This document shows, one piece after another, positions 48,093 through 56,830 of a stretch of 64,000 nucleotides of DNA (positions within the stretch are counted from its first letter, which is position 1; each line of letters opens with the position of its first letter). The position numbers were made by a program, and so were the translations under genes. The DNA comes from Bacilli bacterium (GTDB lineage Bacteria; Bacillota_I; Bacilli_A; RFN20; CAG-631): the NCBI GenBank assembly GCA_900754115.1, contig CAAEBM010000056.1, forward strand, positions 2,936 through 66,935, written 5' to 3'. The notes under the pieces are model-generated. The model saw only the letters and a list, made by a program, of their open reading frames with translations. It was not told where the DNA came from and did not search any database.

Positions 48093-48593
48093 TTTTAGTT
48101 AAAATGATTTGAAATAAATATATTAATTAAATTGAAAAAGATTAGATTGTATCTAGTCTTTTTTAACATATAACATGTTTTAAATTTGAATTATAAACAA
48201 AAAAATATCAACTTAAAAACAAATTATTTATTGTATTTTTGTGAAATTTTCTCAAAATCAACGAAAATAATTTAAATATTATTGATTTTTTAATGGAAAT
48301 ACGAATAATGTGAAAAGATTCGTTTTCTATTCAATTTTATGTTTAAAAATTATAAATCTCTATGTTGGCTAATAAAGACAAAACACATGAAAAAACTTAA
48401 TTCATATCATTTTACAGATGCCCTAAAATTTAATAACTCTTCTTTTTATAATTGAATATATATTTTTCTGCCGATATGTTCTTTCAAAATATATTTCATG
48501 TTATGTCCTCATTTTTAAGAGTAGTAATCATCGCCTAAAGATGTCTTTATTTTTTTATAGCGGTCCCTCAATGCTACTTTTAAATGAAAAACC

Positions 48594-48619
48594 TTGACTT
48601 TCAGTGGGGGGGGTATAAT
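48594..48619 (+). promoter_or_regulatory. sigma-A-like promoter with a G8 homopolymer in the -35/-10 spacer
   Basis: TTGACT (48594-48599), 14-nt spacer TTCAGT+GGGGGGGG (G8 = 48606-48613), TATAAT (48614-48619). GGAGGGG RBS and ATG 48641 follow. Confidence 0.6.
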
Positions 48620-48640
48620 AAAAAAAGGAGGGGTTATTAT

Positions 48641-49660
48641 ATGTCAAAATCAAAAAAGAAAAGTTTTTTAAGTGCAGGTTCAAGGTTCGCTGGTTTAATT
48701 AAAGCAATTATTATATTTGCTATTATTGCTGTTGTAGGAGCAATCATTTTTGCAATAGTTGGGAAAGATGCTACATTTATTTTTGGCTTTGCATTCATGA
48801 CTGGTATTGTTAACGTTATTTTTTATTTTTTATTTAACTGGATAGCGGCTAGAGGTGGAAAACTTGGAAAAATTGCTTTTTTTATTGCTCTTGCGATAGA
48901 AGCGGTTTTTATTATTTTAGGAATTGCATCAATTGGAAATAAGGCAATTTTTTTCAGTTCAGCCAATACTTTTTTAGGAAGAACAGGATATGTTGGAATG
49001 ATTATTTGTGTTCCACTTTTACTAAATCTTTATGTTCTAGATTATAGTGATTTCACTTCATTTGACTATCTTAATGGATATAATCGGCATTTTTATGGGT
49101 TATATGGTACTGTTGTAAGTGGTGTTGTTGCAATTGTTTTAGCAATTTTATTAAAAGACTTAAATCTATTAAGTATCATTACATTATTAATTGCGATTGG
49201 TGTAAATGTAATTACTGTTCTTACATGGATAAAAATGGGTATTCCATTTTCAAAAATGGAAATAACAACCGGTTCTTCATCTAGTTCATCTTCATCAAGA
49301 TCATCTAGCAGTTATTCATCAAGTTCTAGTACAAATCAAGGTGGATATACAGATGTTTATTCTAGAATGGAGTCACTTTGCTATGATATGGCTGAAAATA
49401 AGAGTTTAAATTTTGGTGATGTTGATTTCCAAGTTAGTTTAGTAAATATTACTTCTAATACTATTAATTTTAGAGTTGATTATCGCACAGAATTAAGAGC
49501 TGAAAAAGAATCAGAATTATATGAATTTAATCGTTTTTTAGAACAAGCAATGAGAAATAAATTAAGTGAAGTATCTAGAAAAGCTAAAAATGAACTTAAG
49601 AATTTAAATGTTTCTACAAATTATTCTGTCAATGTTGAATCAGGAAGAAAACTAAATTAG
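48641..49660 (+). CDS. uncharacterised polytopic membrane protein with a poly-Ser linker and a C-terminal soluble domain
   Basis: 339 aa from ATG 48641 (AGGAGGGG RBS). About 6 TM helices, SSSSSSSSRSSSSYSSSSS linker, then a ~100-aa domain I could not assign to a family. The track ORF start at 48584 would read through the promoter and is rejected. Confidence 0.7.
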   Translation: MSKSKKKSFLSAGSRFAGLIKAIIIFAIIAVVGAIIFAIVGKDATFIFGFAFMTGIVNVIFYFLFNWIAARGGKLGKIAFFIALAIEAVFIILGIASIGNKAIFFSSANTFLGRTGYVGMIICVPLLLNLYVLDYSDFTSFDYLNGYNRHFYGLYGTVVSGVVAIVLAILLKDLNLLSIITLLIAIGVNVITVLTWIKMGIPFSKMEITTGSSSSSSSSRSSSSYSSSSSTNQGGYTDVYSRMESLCYDMAENKSLNFGDVDFQVSLVNITSNTINFRVDYRTELRAEKESELYEFNRFLEQAMRNKLSEVSRKAKNELKNLNVSTNYSVNVESGRKLN

Positions 49661-49737
49661 GCATTTTAAATCATAAAAGGGCTATAAAGTGAAGTGTGCT
49701 CAAAAATTGGAAACTTTAAAAGAATTAACAAACCTAT

Positions 49738-49776
49738 AGGATTGAGATTTGTAATCACAAAACTCAGTCCTTTTTG
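49738..49776 (+). terminator. Rho-independent terminator
   Basis: AGGATTGAG-N16-CTCAGTCCT (one mismatch) followed by a T5 run. Confidence 0.6.
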
Positions 49777-50012
49777 TTTAATTTTAATTCTTTTAAAGTA
49801 TTCTTTTTTTTTGACTATATTTTAAAACTAGGTTTTTATAGTTTTTTTATTGAAATTTAATAAAAATAGTTATAAAAATTTTAGATTCTAAAATAGCTTC
49901 TATAGTAAAATTTAATTTTGAAGAGTTTAAATGAGGTTTCTCTACCAAAATTATTAAAACCCTAATGAAAAAAGAATAAAATGCCTTGTTATTAATTACA
50001 TTCACAAATTGC

Positions 50013-50042
50013 TTGACAAAAGTCGGGGGGGGGAATTATAGT
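50013..50042 (+). promoter_or_regulatory. sigma-A-like promoter with a G9 homopolymer in the -35/-10 spacer
   Basis: TTGACA (50013-50018), 18-nt spacer AAAGTC+GGGGGGGGG+AAT (G9 = 50025-50033), TATAGT (50037-50042). GAGGGG RBS and ATG 50077 follow. Confidence 0.6.
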
Positions 50043-50076
50043 GATATTGAAATTATTTACAATGAGGGGATAATGT

Positions 50077-51252
50077 ATGGAAGAAAGTAAAAAAGAAATT
50101 TTAGCAAAATTGTATTGTATAAAAGCCGGTTTGAGTGCAATTTCTTTAGAAAAAGATAAATTGAAAAAAGAAGAAGACCAATGTATTCAAATCCATAAAG
50201 AAATTGATGAAAATCAAAATAAAAAGAATCAGACGATTCAACAATTAAAGATGGTATATCAAGACATAAAAAGTAACGAAAGAAACATTGCTGATTTAAA
50301 TTTTCAAAAGAATAAATCAGCAAAAGTTAATATTGGCCTTGTAATAGGTGTTGGGTTCTGTTCTGGAATATTTTTTGGTCCAATTATCTGGATTGTGATA
50401 GTATTTATTCATGATTTGCTACAATCCATGAAAAATGGTAATAACCAATTTAGTAGTAATTTAATGGGTAAAATTTGGATTCCGATGATTATTGTGGCAA
50501 TTTTAACTTCTATTATTTATTATTTGGTGGATAAGCACAAAAAAAATACAGATAAAAATAAGCAAATTCAAAATTATCAATCTCGCATTACGCCTTTGAA
50601 AAAAAGTCAAACAAAGATGCAAAACGATCTTTCTAATTTTGATGAGACAAATAATAGATTAAATCAATCCCATACACTTGCATTAAAAAAATATGATCAA
50701 GTTAAAAATACCACCATTGATGCAAGTAAAAATTTATATGAAGCTTTGATGTTTGAGTTTTCTTCAGTTTTAGATTCAAGAGACTGGGAAAATATCGACC
50801 TTATTATATTTTATTATGAAACAGGGAGAGCAGATACGCTGAAAGAGGCTTTACAACAAGTAGATAAACAAAGACGTCACGAAGAGTTAATAGATGCAAT
50901 TGAAGAAGCTTCAAATAAAATTTCAAATACAATTCAAATGAGTATGAAAGAATTACAATCTACGATGATAACTTGTTATCAAGGATTATCCTTACAACTA
51001 CAAAAACAACATAATCAATTAGTTCAGCAAATATCACAAGTTCAAACGAATTTAAATTCAATAGGAGAAAATATAGGAAAAGTTAATGAATCAATCCAAC
51101 AATTAAATCAAAAAACTACTGAATATATTACATCAATTGCATCAAAAGATTATTTGCAACAAGCATTACTTGAAAAAATAAGTGTCAATAGTTTATCTTT
51201 AGTAGAAGATGTTAATTATCTTTTATTTTATAAAAAACCAGCAGTTCTTTAA
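50077..51252 (+). CDS. uncharacterised coiled-coil membrane protein
   Basis: 391 aa. N-terminal ~85-aa heptad-like K/E/Q-rich segment, two TM helices (IGLVIGVGFCSGIFFGPIIWIVIVFI; IWIPMIIVAILTSIIYYLV) and a long Q/N-rich helical C-terminus. GAGGGG RBS. Confidence 0.7.
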   Translation: MEESKKEILAKLYCIKAGLSAISLEKDKLKKEEDQCIQIHKEIDENQNKKNQTIQQLKMVYQDIKSNERNIADLNFQKNKSAKVNIGLVIGVGFCSGIFFGPIIWIVIVFIHDLLQSMKNGNNQFSSNLMGKIWIPMIIVAILTSIIYYLVDKHKKNTDKNKQIQNYQSRITPLKKSQTKMQNDLSNFDETNNRLNQSHTLALKKYDQVKNTTIDASKNLYEALMFEFSSVLDSRDWENIDLIIFYYETGRADTLKEALQQVDKQRRHEELIDAIEEASNKISNTIQMSMKELQSTMITCYQGLSLQLQKQHNQLVQQISQVQTNLNSIGENIGKVNESIQQLNQKTTEYITSIASKDYLQQALLEKISVNSLSLVEDVNYLLFYKKPAVL

Positions 51253-51253
51253 A

Positions 51254-51293
51254 AAAAAGCAGAAATTGAATTGAATTCAAAATCTGCTTTTTA
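51254..51293. terminator. bidirectional terminator
   Basis: AAAGCAGA...TCTGCTTT outer stem enclosing the palindrome TTGAATTCAA, flanked by A8 and T5 runs, between convergent genes. Confidence 0.65.
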
Positions 51294-51305
51294 ATGAAAT
51301 TTGCA

Positions 51306-52673
51306 TTATTTTTGTCTTTTTGTCATTTTAAATTGAATCGAGTTTAATTTAGGATAAAATGGTTTTGATTGGATTGGTTCATCAATTGTTTCTTTTTTTG
51401 GAATATCAACAAATAATTTAGAAGTTGAATAATCTTTTAATAAAGTAGAAGAATCAACTTTGCTCACACTAGGCAATTCATAAGAACGAGTCAAATATAA
51501 AGACAATTTTGCACAGGCAGGACCCATGAGTTCATATAAAATGGAAGAAGAAAGAATAATAGTGGTTAGCATATTTCCTAAAGTGGAAGGTAAAAGTCGA
51601 GCGCCTAAACTAGCGAGTCCAATAGCGACTCCCGCTTGTGGAATCAAAGCAAGACCTAAATATTTTTTATTATTAGAAGTTGAATGGGTGATGATACTGC
51701 CTAGGGTTGCTCCAATATATTTGCCAACAATGCGAACGATAAAGTAAACAACACCAATGATTCCTAACGTCGATAAAGTAGAAAGGTTGAGATTCATTCC
51801 AGATAATACAAAGAAACATAATAAAATCGGTGGAGAGAATCGACTTAGACTTTCAAATAAGTGATGATCGTGACTTAAATTAATATAAATAGTTCCCATC
51901 ATCATACAACCTAATAAAGGAGAAATGTCAAAAATTGAACAAACACCACTTAATAATAAAATCATGGAAATAGCGATGATAAGTTGACTATCTGAACTGC
52001 GTTTCTTTTTGAAAAGTAAAAAGATGAAAAGTCCGAAAAGTAAACCGATAGCGATGATTGCAAGATTTTGCAAAATGGGTTTTAATAGCAACATGATACT
52101 GAATTTTGCTTTTGATTCTACAGCATTCGCTACAGCAACGGCAATAGAAAACAAAACTAAAGAGACGACGTCATCTAAAGCAACAATTTGTAAAACTGAA
52201 TCGACAAAGTCCCCTTTCGCTTTGGTTTGACGAATGGTCATTAAAGTGGAGGCGGGAGCAGTAGCAGAAGCAATTGCTGCTAAAATTAAACTAAACGATA
52301 AAGATAAATGAAAAAGAAAATACATGACAATAAAGATGAAAATTGATGCCATTACGGATTCAAAAAGAGTAATGACTACAATTTTTTTGCCACTTTTTTT
52401 CAAGTTAGACAACATAAAATATTCTCCAACATTAAAAGCAATAAAAGCTAAAGCGATATCTGTTACGAAATCCATATTGGAGATGACATCACTTGGAACT
52501 AATTTTAAGCAATAAGGACCAATTAAAATTCCTGAAAGAATATAACCTGTGACATTAGGTAATTTTAATTTTTTTGTAATTCGACTAAATAAAAATCCTG
52601 CAATTAAAATGATAGCTAAACAAATTAATATTTTTGCAGAATGAGTCATGTTTTGAAAAACGTTATCAAGCAT
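51306..52673 (-). CDS. cation:proton antiporter (Na+/H+ exchanger family, CPA-type)
   Basis: 455 aa with about 12 TM helices. N-terminal KLKLPNVTGYILSGILIGPY motif typical of Kef/NapA-type exchangers. Confidence 0.8.
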   Translation of the reverse strand: MLDNVFQNMTHSAKILICLAIILIAGFLFSRITKKLKLPNVTGYILSGILIGPYCLKLVPSDVISNMDFVTDIALAFIAFNVGEYFMLSNLKKSGKKIVVITLFESVMASIFIFIVMYFLFHLSLSFSLILAAIASATAPASTLMTIRQTKAKGDFVDSVLQIVALDDVVSLVLFSIAVAVANAVESKAKFSIMLLLKPILQNLAIIAIGLLFGLFIFLLFKKKRSSDSQLIIAISMILLLSGVCSIFDISPLLGCMMMGTIYINLSHDHHLFESLSRFSPPILLCFFVLSGMNLNLSTLSTLGIIGVVYFIVRIVGKYIGATLGSIITHSTSNNKKYLGLALIPQAGVAIGLASLGARLLPSTLGNMLTTIILSSSILYELMGPACAKLSLYLTRSYELPSVSKVDSSTLLKDYSTSKLFVDIPKKETIDEPIQSKPFYPKLNSIQFKMTKRQK

Positions 52674-52799
52674 GAGTTTTTCCTCCTTTCTTTACAACCT
52701 ATAGTATTCATTTCTTCTTGATTATAACGCTTCTTTTTGATAAAATCTAATTATAGTTTTTTATAATATTATAAATTTTTTTTATAGGAGGAGAAATGG

Positions 52800-53678
52800 A
52801 TGATTGATGAAAAGTTAAAAACTTTAATCACGTTGGCGCAAATTAAAAATTATACCAAAGCGGCAAAAATTTTAAATATTACCCAACCCGCTGTAACGCA
52901 ACATATTCAAAATTTAGAAAAAGAATATAATATTAAAATTTTTGAAAAGGATAAAAAAGAATTACTTCCCACTTATCAAGGAAGCATTTTAATTAAAAAT
53001 GCACAAAAAATAATGCAATTACATGAAAATTTATTATTGGAATTAAAAGAATCACATACCCATCAAAAAAATATTTCAATTGGAATAACGATGACGGCAA
53101 CGGATTATTTAATTGAAGATATCTTAGAAATTTGTAATCGTCAATATCCAAATTGTGCCATTAATTTTCATACAGATGTTTTAACTAATATTTATAATCG
53201 GTTAAAGATGTATGAGTTTGATTTTGCGATTGTTGATGGGACCTTAAGTAGTAAAAAAATTGAATCTGATTTACTTTATGATGATCATTTTTGTTTGATT
53301 ACTTCGATGGATCATCCGTTTGCTTCTTTAAAAGGAGTTAGTTTAGAAATGATTCGGCAAGAAAAGTTAATTCTTAGACATAAAAAGTCTAATACAAGAG
53401 AATTAATTGAAGATTATTTAACGACGCATTATGATACAATTCACAATTACAATGTCATTTTAGAATTAGAAAATGTCGCTTTAATCAAAGAATTAGTGGC
53501 AAAAAACTATGGAATCAGTATCATGCCTTATAGTGTTTGTAAAACCGATATTGAGAATCAAAAATTAAAAGAACTAAAAATTTCAGATATGCACCTTGGA
53601 AGAGGAATTTATCTTATTTATTTAAAAAAGAATGCCAATGACCCACTTATTGAAGCGATTAAAGCGTTGAAAAAATAA
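52800..53678 (+). CDS. LysR-family transcriptional regulator
   Basis: 292 aa. N-terminal wHTH LKTLITLAQIKNYTKAAKILNITQPAVTQHIQNLEKEY. Divergent from the antiporter gene. A TTATAATATTATAA palindrome (52761-52774) lies in the shared intergenic region. Confidence 0.88.
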   Translation: MIDEKLKTLITLAQIKNYTKAAKILNITQPAVTQHIQNLEKEYNIKIFEKDKKELLPTYQGSILIKNAQKIMQLHENLLLELKESHTHQKNISIGITMTATDYLIEDILEICNRQYPNCAINFHTDVLTNIYNRLKMYEFDFAIVDGTLSSKKIESDLLYDDHFCLITSMDHPFASLKGVSLEMIRQEKLILRHKKSNTRELIEDYLTTHYDTIHNYNVILELENVALIKELVAKNYGISIMPYSVCKTDIENQKLKELKISDMHLGRGIYLIYLKKNANDPLIEAIKALKK

Positions 53679-53840
53679 ATTACTACTATTTTGTTTTTTA
53701 TAAAGATAGTGCTATAATAAAAATAAAGATAAAAAAATAAAAATAAAGAGTAGTGATAAATAGTAAAAAAATAAAAACAGTAACCTTATCAATTTTTATT
53801 CCTATGTTTCCATTATAATTTTAAATAAGGAGCTAAAAAA

Positions 53841-54818
53841 ATGAATCTTTCTTTCAAAAACGAAAACAAGACAATATTTCGTCATGCCATTGTTTTTATC
53901 GCAACATTTTTAATTTTATCATTGTTTTTATTGATACCAATTTTTGAAAATAATAGTCAAGAAGTTAGTTTGTTTCAATTGATGTTATCCAATATTTTTC
54001 ATTTATCATCAACTTCTATTCTCAAATGGTTGTTTTATGCCTTTATTCCTTTAAGTTTGTATCTTGTCAGCTTGATTTATTTTATTGCAACAATTATTTT
54101 ATTCATTCAAAAAAATGGAAAGATAAATGGTTCTCAATATTTATTTTTTCAAATCATCTATCTTATTTTATTAGCAGATAGTATCGTTATTGGCGCATTT
54201 TATTATTTTTCTGCAAGACAAATCGTTTTATATGTCATTGGATTGCTGCTATTACTCTCAAGTTTGATATGTAATTATCTTTTTTTGAAAAAAGAATGGC
54301 CTATAGTTGATATAAAGAAAGAAAAGTCTCAAAAAATGGTGCAAAAAAACAAGACTTTTCTTGTTCATGCTATCCTATCTTTTTTGTTTTGCATCGCGTT
54401 GATCGTATTTTTAGCAATCAAAAATATTGATTATCAAGGAGGAGATGGCATTTATAGTTGGCTATTAATAGTTTTGGAGTCTATGTCACCTTATTTTTTA
54501 TTTGATTCTTTTTATCCTCAAGTTCAATCTTTACTTTTATTTGTAACGTTTATCATCGTTCTTTGTTATGCCATCCAGTTACTTCTTTGGTGTTTTAAAC
54601 AAAAGCCATCAATTTCCTTATCTACACTTTTATTTTATGAAATTAATTTTATTCTCTGTTCAAGTTTATTTTTAATTTTTGATCTTGATATTTCTGCACA
54701 ATATCGAATTGTTTTTCATTTATCACTTTATTTGGTATTGCCAGGATTATGTTTTGGATTGTATCATTTTATTTATACATTGGTACAAGCAAAAAAAGTG
54801 GTTGGAAGTGAAAAATAA
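53841..54818 (+). CDS. hypothetical polytopic membrane protein
   Basis: 325 aa with about 8 TM helices. AAGGAG RBS. I recognised no family motif. Confidence 0.6.
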   Translation: MNLSFKNENKTIFRHAIVFIATFLILSLFLLIPIFENNSQEVSLFQLMLSNIFHLSSTSILKWLFYAFIPLSLYLVSLIYFIATIILFIQKNGKINGSQYLFFQIIYLILLADSIVIGAFYYFSARQIVLYVIGLLLLLSSLICNYLFLKKEWPIVDIKKEKSQKMVQKNKTFLVHAILSFLFCIALIVFLAIKNIDYQGGDGIYSWLLIVLESMSPYFLFDSFYPQVQSLLLFVTFIIVLCYAIQLLLWCFKQKPSISLSTLLFYEINFILCSSLFLIFDLDISAQYRIVFHLSLYLVLPGLCFGLYHFIYTLVQAKKVVGSEK

Positions 54819-54849
54819 TTTGCTATTTTAAAAAAAGATGATTATAATA

Positions 54850-55073
54850 TCAGTGTAGCGATGACTGAAGACAATGTCTTTTGGTACTTTGTTTATAGAG
54901 AGAAAATCAATGGTGCAAGATTTTTAACAAAACCAAAAGAATACTCCTTCACAGCTCTATTAATCTTAGCGTATCTTCTGCGTTAAAGAAGAAAGAGAGC
55001 ATACAGCAATGTATGAATGCAGGTGGTACCGCGTAATTTACGTCCTTAGCGAAAGTTAAAGGGCGTTTTTTTA
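54850..55073 (+). promoter_or_regulatory. T-box leader (tRNA-Thr-responsive) with a terminator
   Basis: Promoter TTGCTA-17-TATAAT (54820-54848). Stem I elements AGCGATGA and AGAGA, and distal GGTGCAA. Candidate Thr specifier codon ACU (GAATACTCC) or ACA. T-box sequence AATGCAGGTGGTACCGCG (55016-55033). Terminator ACGTCCTT...AAGGGCGT followed by T7. Confidence 0.85.
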
Positions 55074-55092
55074 ATTTAAAGGAGTGAAAAAA

Positions 55093-56829
55093 ATGGTAAA
55101 TATTAAAGAAGATGAACGTTTAAACATACTCAATCATAGTTGTGCTCATTTGCTTGCTCAAGCCGTTAAACATTTATATCCACAAGCAAAATTTTGGGTA
55201 GGTCCAGTGATTGAAGATGGATTTTATTATGATATAGATTTGCAAGATCAAGTCATTAAAGAAGAAGATTTAGCGACCATTGAAAAAGAAATGAAAAAAA
55301 TTGCTAAAGATGGAAAACGAATTGTAAAAGAAATACTTAGCAAAGAACAAGCATTAGCCCTTTTTCATGATGATCCTTATAAAATTGATTTAATTGAACA
55401 TTTTGCTGCTGATGAACAAATTACAGCCTATCGTCAAGGTGATTTTATTGATTTGTGCCGTGGTCCTCATGTAGAAAGTGTGAAATTATTAAAACATTTT
55501 AAATTATTAAAAGTGAGTGGTGCTTACTATAAAGGTGATAGCAATAATAAAATGTTACAACGCATTTATGGCATTTGCTTTGAAAATGAACAAGATTTAC
55601 AAGATTACTTGAATTTTTTAGAAGAAGCCAAAAAAAGAGACCATCGAAAATTAGGGAAAGAATTAGATTTGTTTATGCTCAGTGAATATGGACCAGGATT
55701 TCCTTTTTGGTTGCCCGATGGTATGATTTTACGCAAACAATTGGAAAACTTCTGGATAGAAGAGCATTTAAAAGAAGGATATCAATTGATTCAAACTCCT
55801 ATTATGTTAAATAAAAAACTCTGGGAAATATCAGGACATTGGGACAATTATCGTGAAAATATGTATACCTCTGAAATCGATAAATATGAATTTGCTATTA
55901 AACCAATGAATTGTCCAGGTAGTTTACTTGTTTATAAAAATGCCATTCATTCTTATAAAGATTTCCCATTAAAACTCGGAGAATTAGGTTTGGTTCATCG
56001 TCACGAAGCAAGTGGAGCTTTAAATGGTTTATTTCGTGTTCGCACCTTTACACAAGATGATGCTCATTTATTTATGAGTGAAAAAATGATTCAAAAAGAA
56101 GTTAAAAAATTGATTGAATTTTATGACCGCATTTATTCTGTATTTGGACTTTCTTATAACATTGAATTATCCACTCGTCCTTTAAATAAGTATATTGGTA
56201 AAATTTCAACTTGGAATCGAGCTGAAAAGGCTTTAGCTAAAGCTTGCGAAGCGGCTAATAAACCCTATAAAGTGAATCCTGGAGATGGTGCTTTTTATGG
56301 ACCAAAATTAGATTTTAAATTAAAAGATTCTTTAGGACGAATTTGGCAATGCGGAACGATTCAATTAGATATGAATTTACCAGAACGTTTTGATATTACC
56401 TATGTGGAAAAAGATGGTTCTAAAAAAAGACCAATTATGTTACATCGTGCACTTTTAGGTTCAATTGAACGGTTTATTGGCATTATTATAGAACATTATG
56501 CGGGGGCTTTCCCACTATGGCTTGCTCCAAAACAAGTGGTCGTTTTACCTGTAAACAATGAGTATCATCGCGATTATGCCAATAAAGTCGTGCAATTTTT
56601 GAAAAAACATGGCATTCGTGCTCATGTTGATGACCGTGATGAAAAACTTGGATATCGCATTCGCGAAGCCAATTTAAAAAAGATTACCTATCAAGTTGTT
56701 GTTGGTGATGAAGAAAAAAATAATAAAACTTTAAAAGTTCGCCATTATGGAAGTCAACAACAAACCGTTTTCACTACAAAAGAATTTTTGAAAAAATTGC
56801 AAGTTGAAATTGCATCTAAGGCTCAATAA
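55093..56829 (+). CDS. thrS: threonine--tRNA ligase lacking the N-terminal TGS domain
   Basis: 578 aa from ATG 55093 (AAGGAG 8 nt upstream). It begins directly in the editing/SAD domain (NHSCAHLLAQAVKHLYP...GPVIEDGFYYD). Class II motifs are present (FRVRTFTQDDAH; GAFYGPKLDF), as is an anticodon-binding domain. Confidence 0.93.
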   Translation: MVNIKEDERLNILNHSCAHLLAQAVKHLYPQAKFWVGPVIEDGFYYDIDLQDQVIKEEDLATIEKEMKKIAKDGKRIVKEILSKEQALALFHDDPYKIDLIEHFAADEQITAYRQGDFIDLCRGPHVESVKLLKHFKLLKVSGAYYKGDSNNKMLQRIYGICFENEQDLQDYLNFLEEAKKRDHRKLGKELDLFMLSEYGPGFPFWLPDGMILRKQLENFWIEEHLKEGYQLIQTPIMLNKKLWEISGHWDNYRENMYTSEIDKYEFAIKPMNCPGSLLVYKNAIHSYKDFPLKLGELGLVHRHEASGALNGLFRVRTFTQDDAHLFMSEKMIQKEVKKLIEFYDRIYSVFGLSYNIELSTRPLNKYIGKISTWNRAEKALAKACEAANKPYKVNPGDGAFYGPKLDFKLKDSLGRIWQCGTIQLDMNLPERFDITYVEKDGSKKRPIMLHRALLGSIERFIGIIIEHYAGAFPLWLAPKQVVVLPVNNEYHRDYANKVVQFLKKHGIRAHVDDRDEKLGYRIREANLKKITYQVVVGDEEKNNKTLKVRHYGSQQQTVFTTKEFLKKLQVEIASKAQ

Positions 56830-56830
56830 A

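Noticed and set aside
48169-48505. 8-bp inverted repeat pair (ATAACATG / CATGTTAT) about 330 bp apart upstream of the G8 promoter, as the boundary of an invertible promoter element
   Set aside because: The repeats are short and AT-rich, no site-specific recombinase or invertase gene is nearby, and the promoter lies outside the bracketed segment.
48584-48640. Track ORF start at 48584 for the Ser-linker membrane protein
   Set aside because: It would translate through the TTGACT/G8/TATAAT promoter and the RBS itself (QWGGYNKKRRGYY). ATG 48641, preceded by AGGAGGGG, is far more plausible.
50057-50323. Minus-strand 88-aa ORF antisense to the start of the coiled-coil membrane gene
   Set aside because: It has no RBS, lies antisense to a better-supported gene with an RBS and promoter, and has hydrophobic or low-complexity mirror composition.
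52761-52774. Perfect palindrome TTATAATATTATAA between the LysR regulator gene and the antiporter gene, as a LysR T-N11-A box
   Set aside because: It formally fits T-N11-A and sits in the right place. However, it is composed only of A and T in a very AT-rich promoter region and also overlaps a -10-like hexamer, so it cannot be distinguished from chance or promoter sequence by eye.
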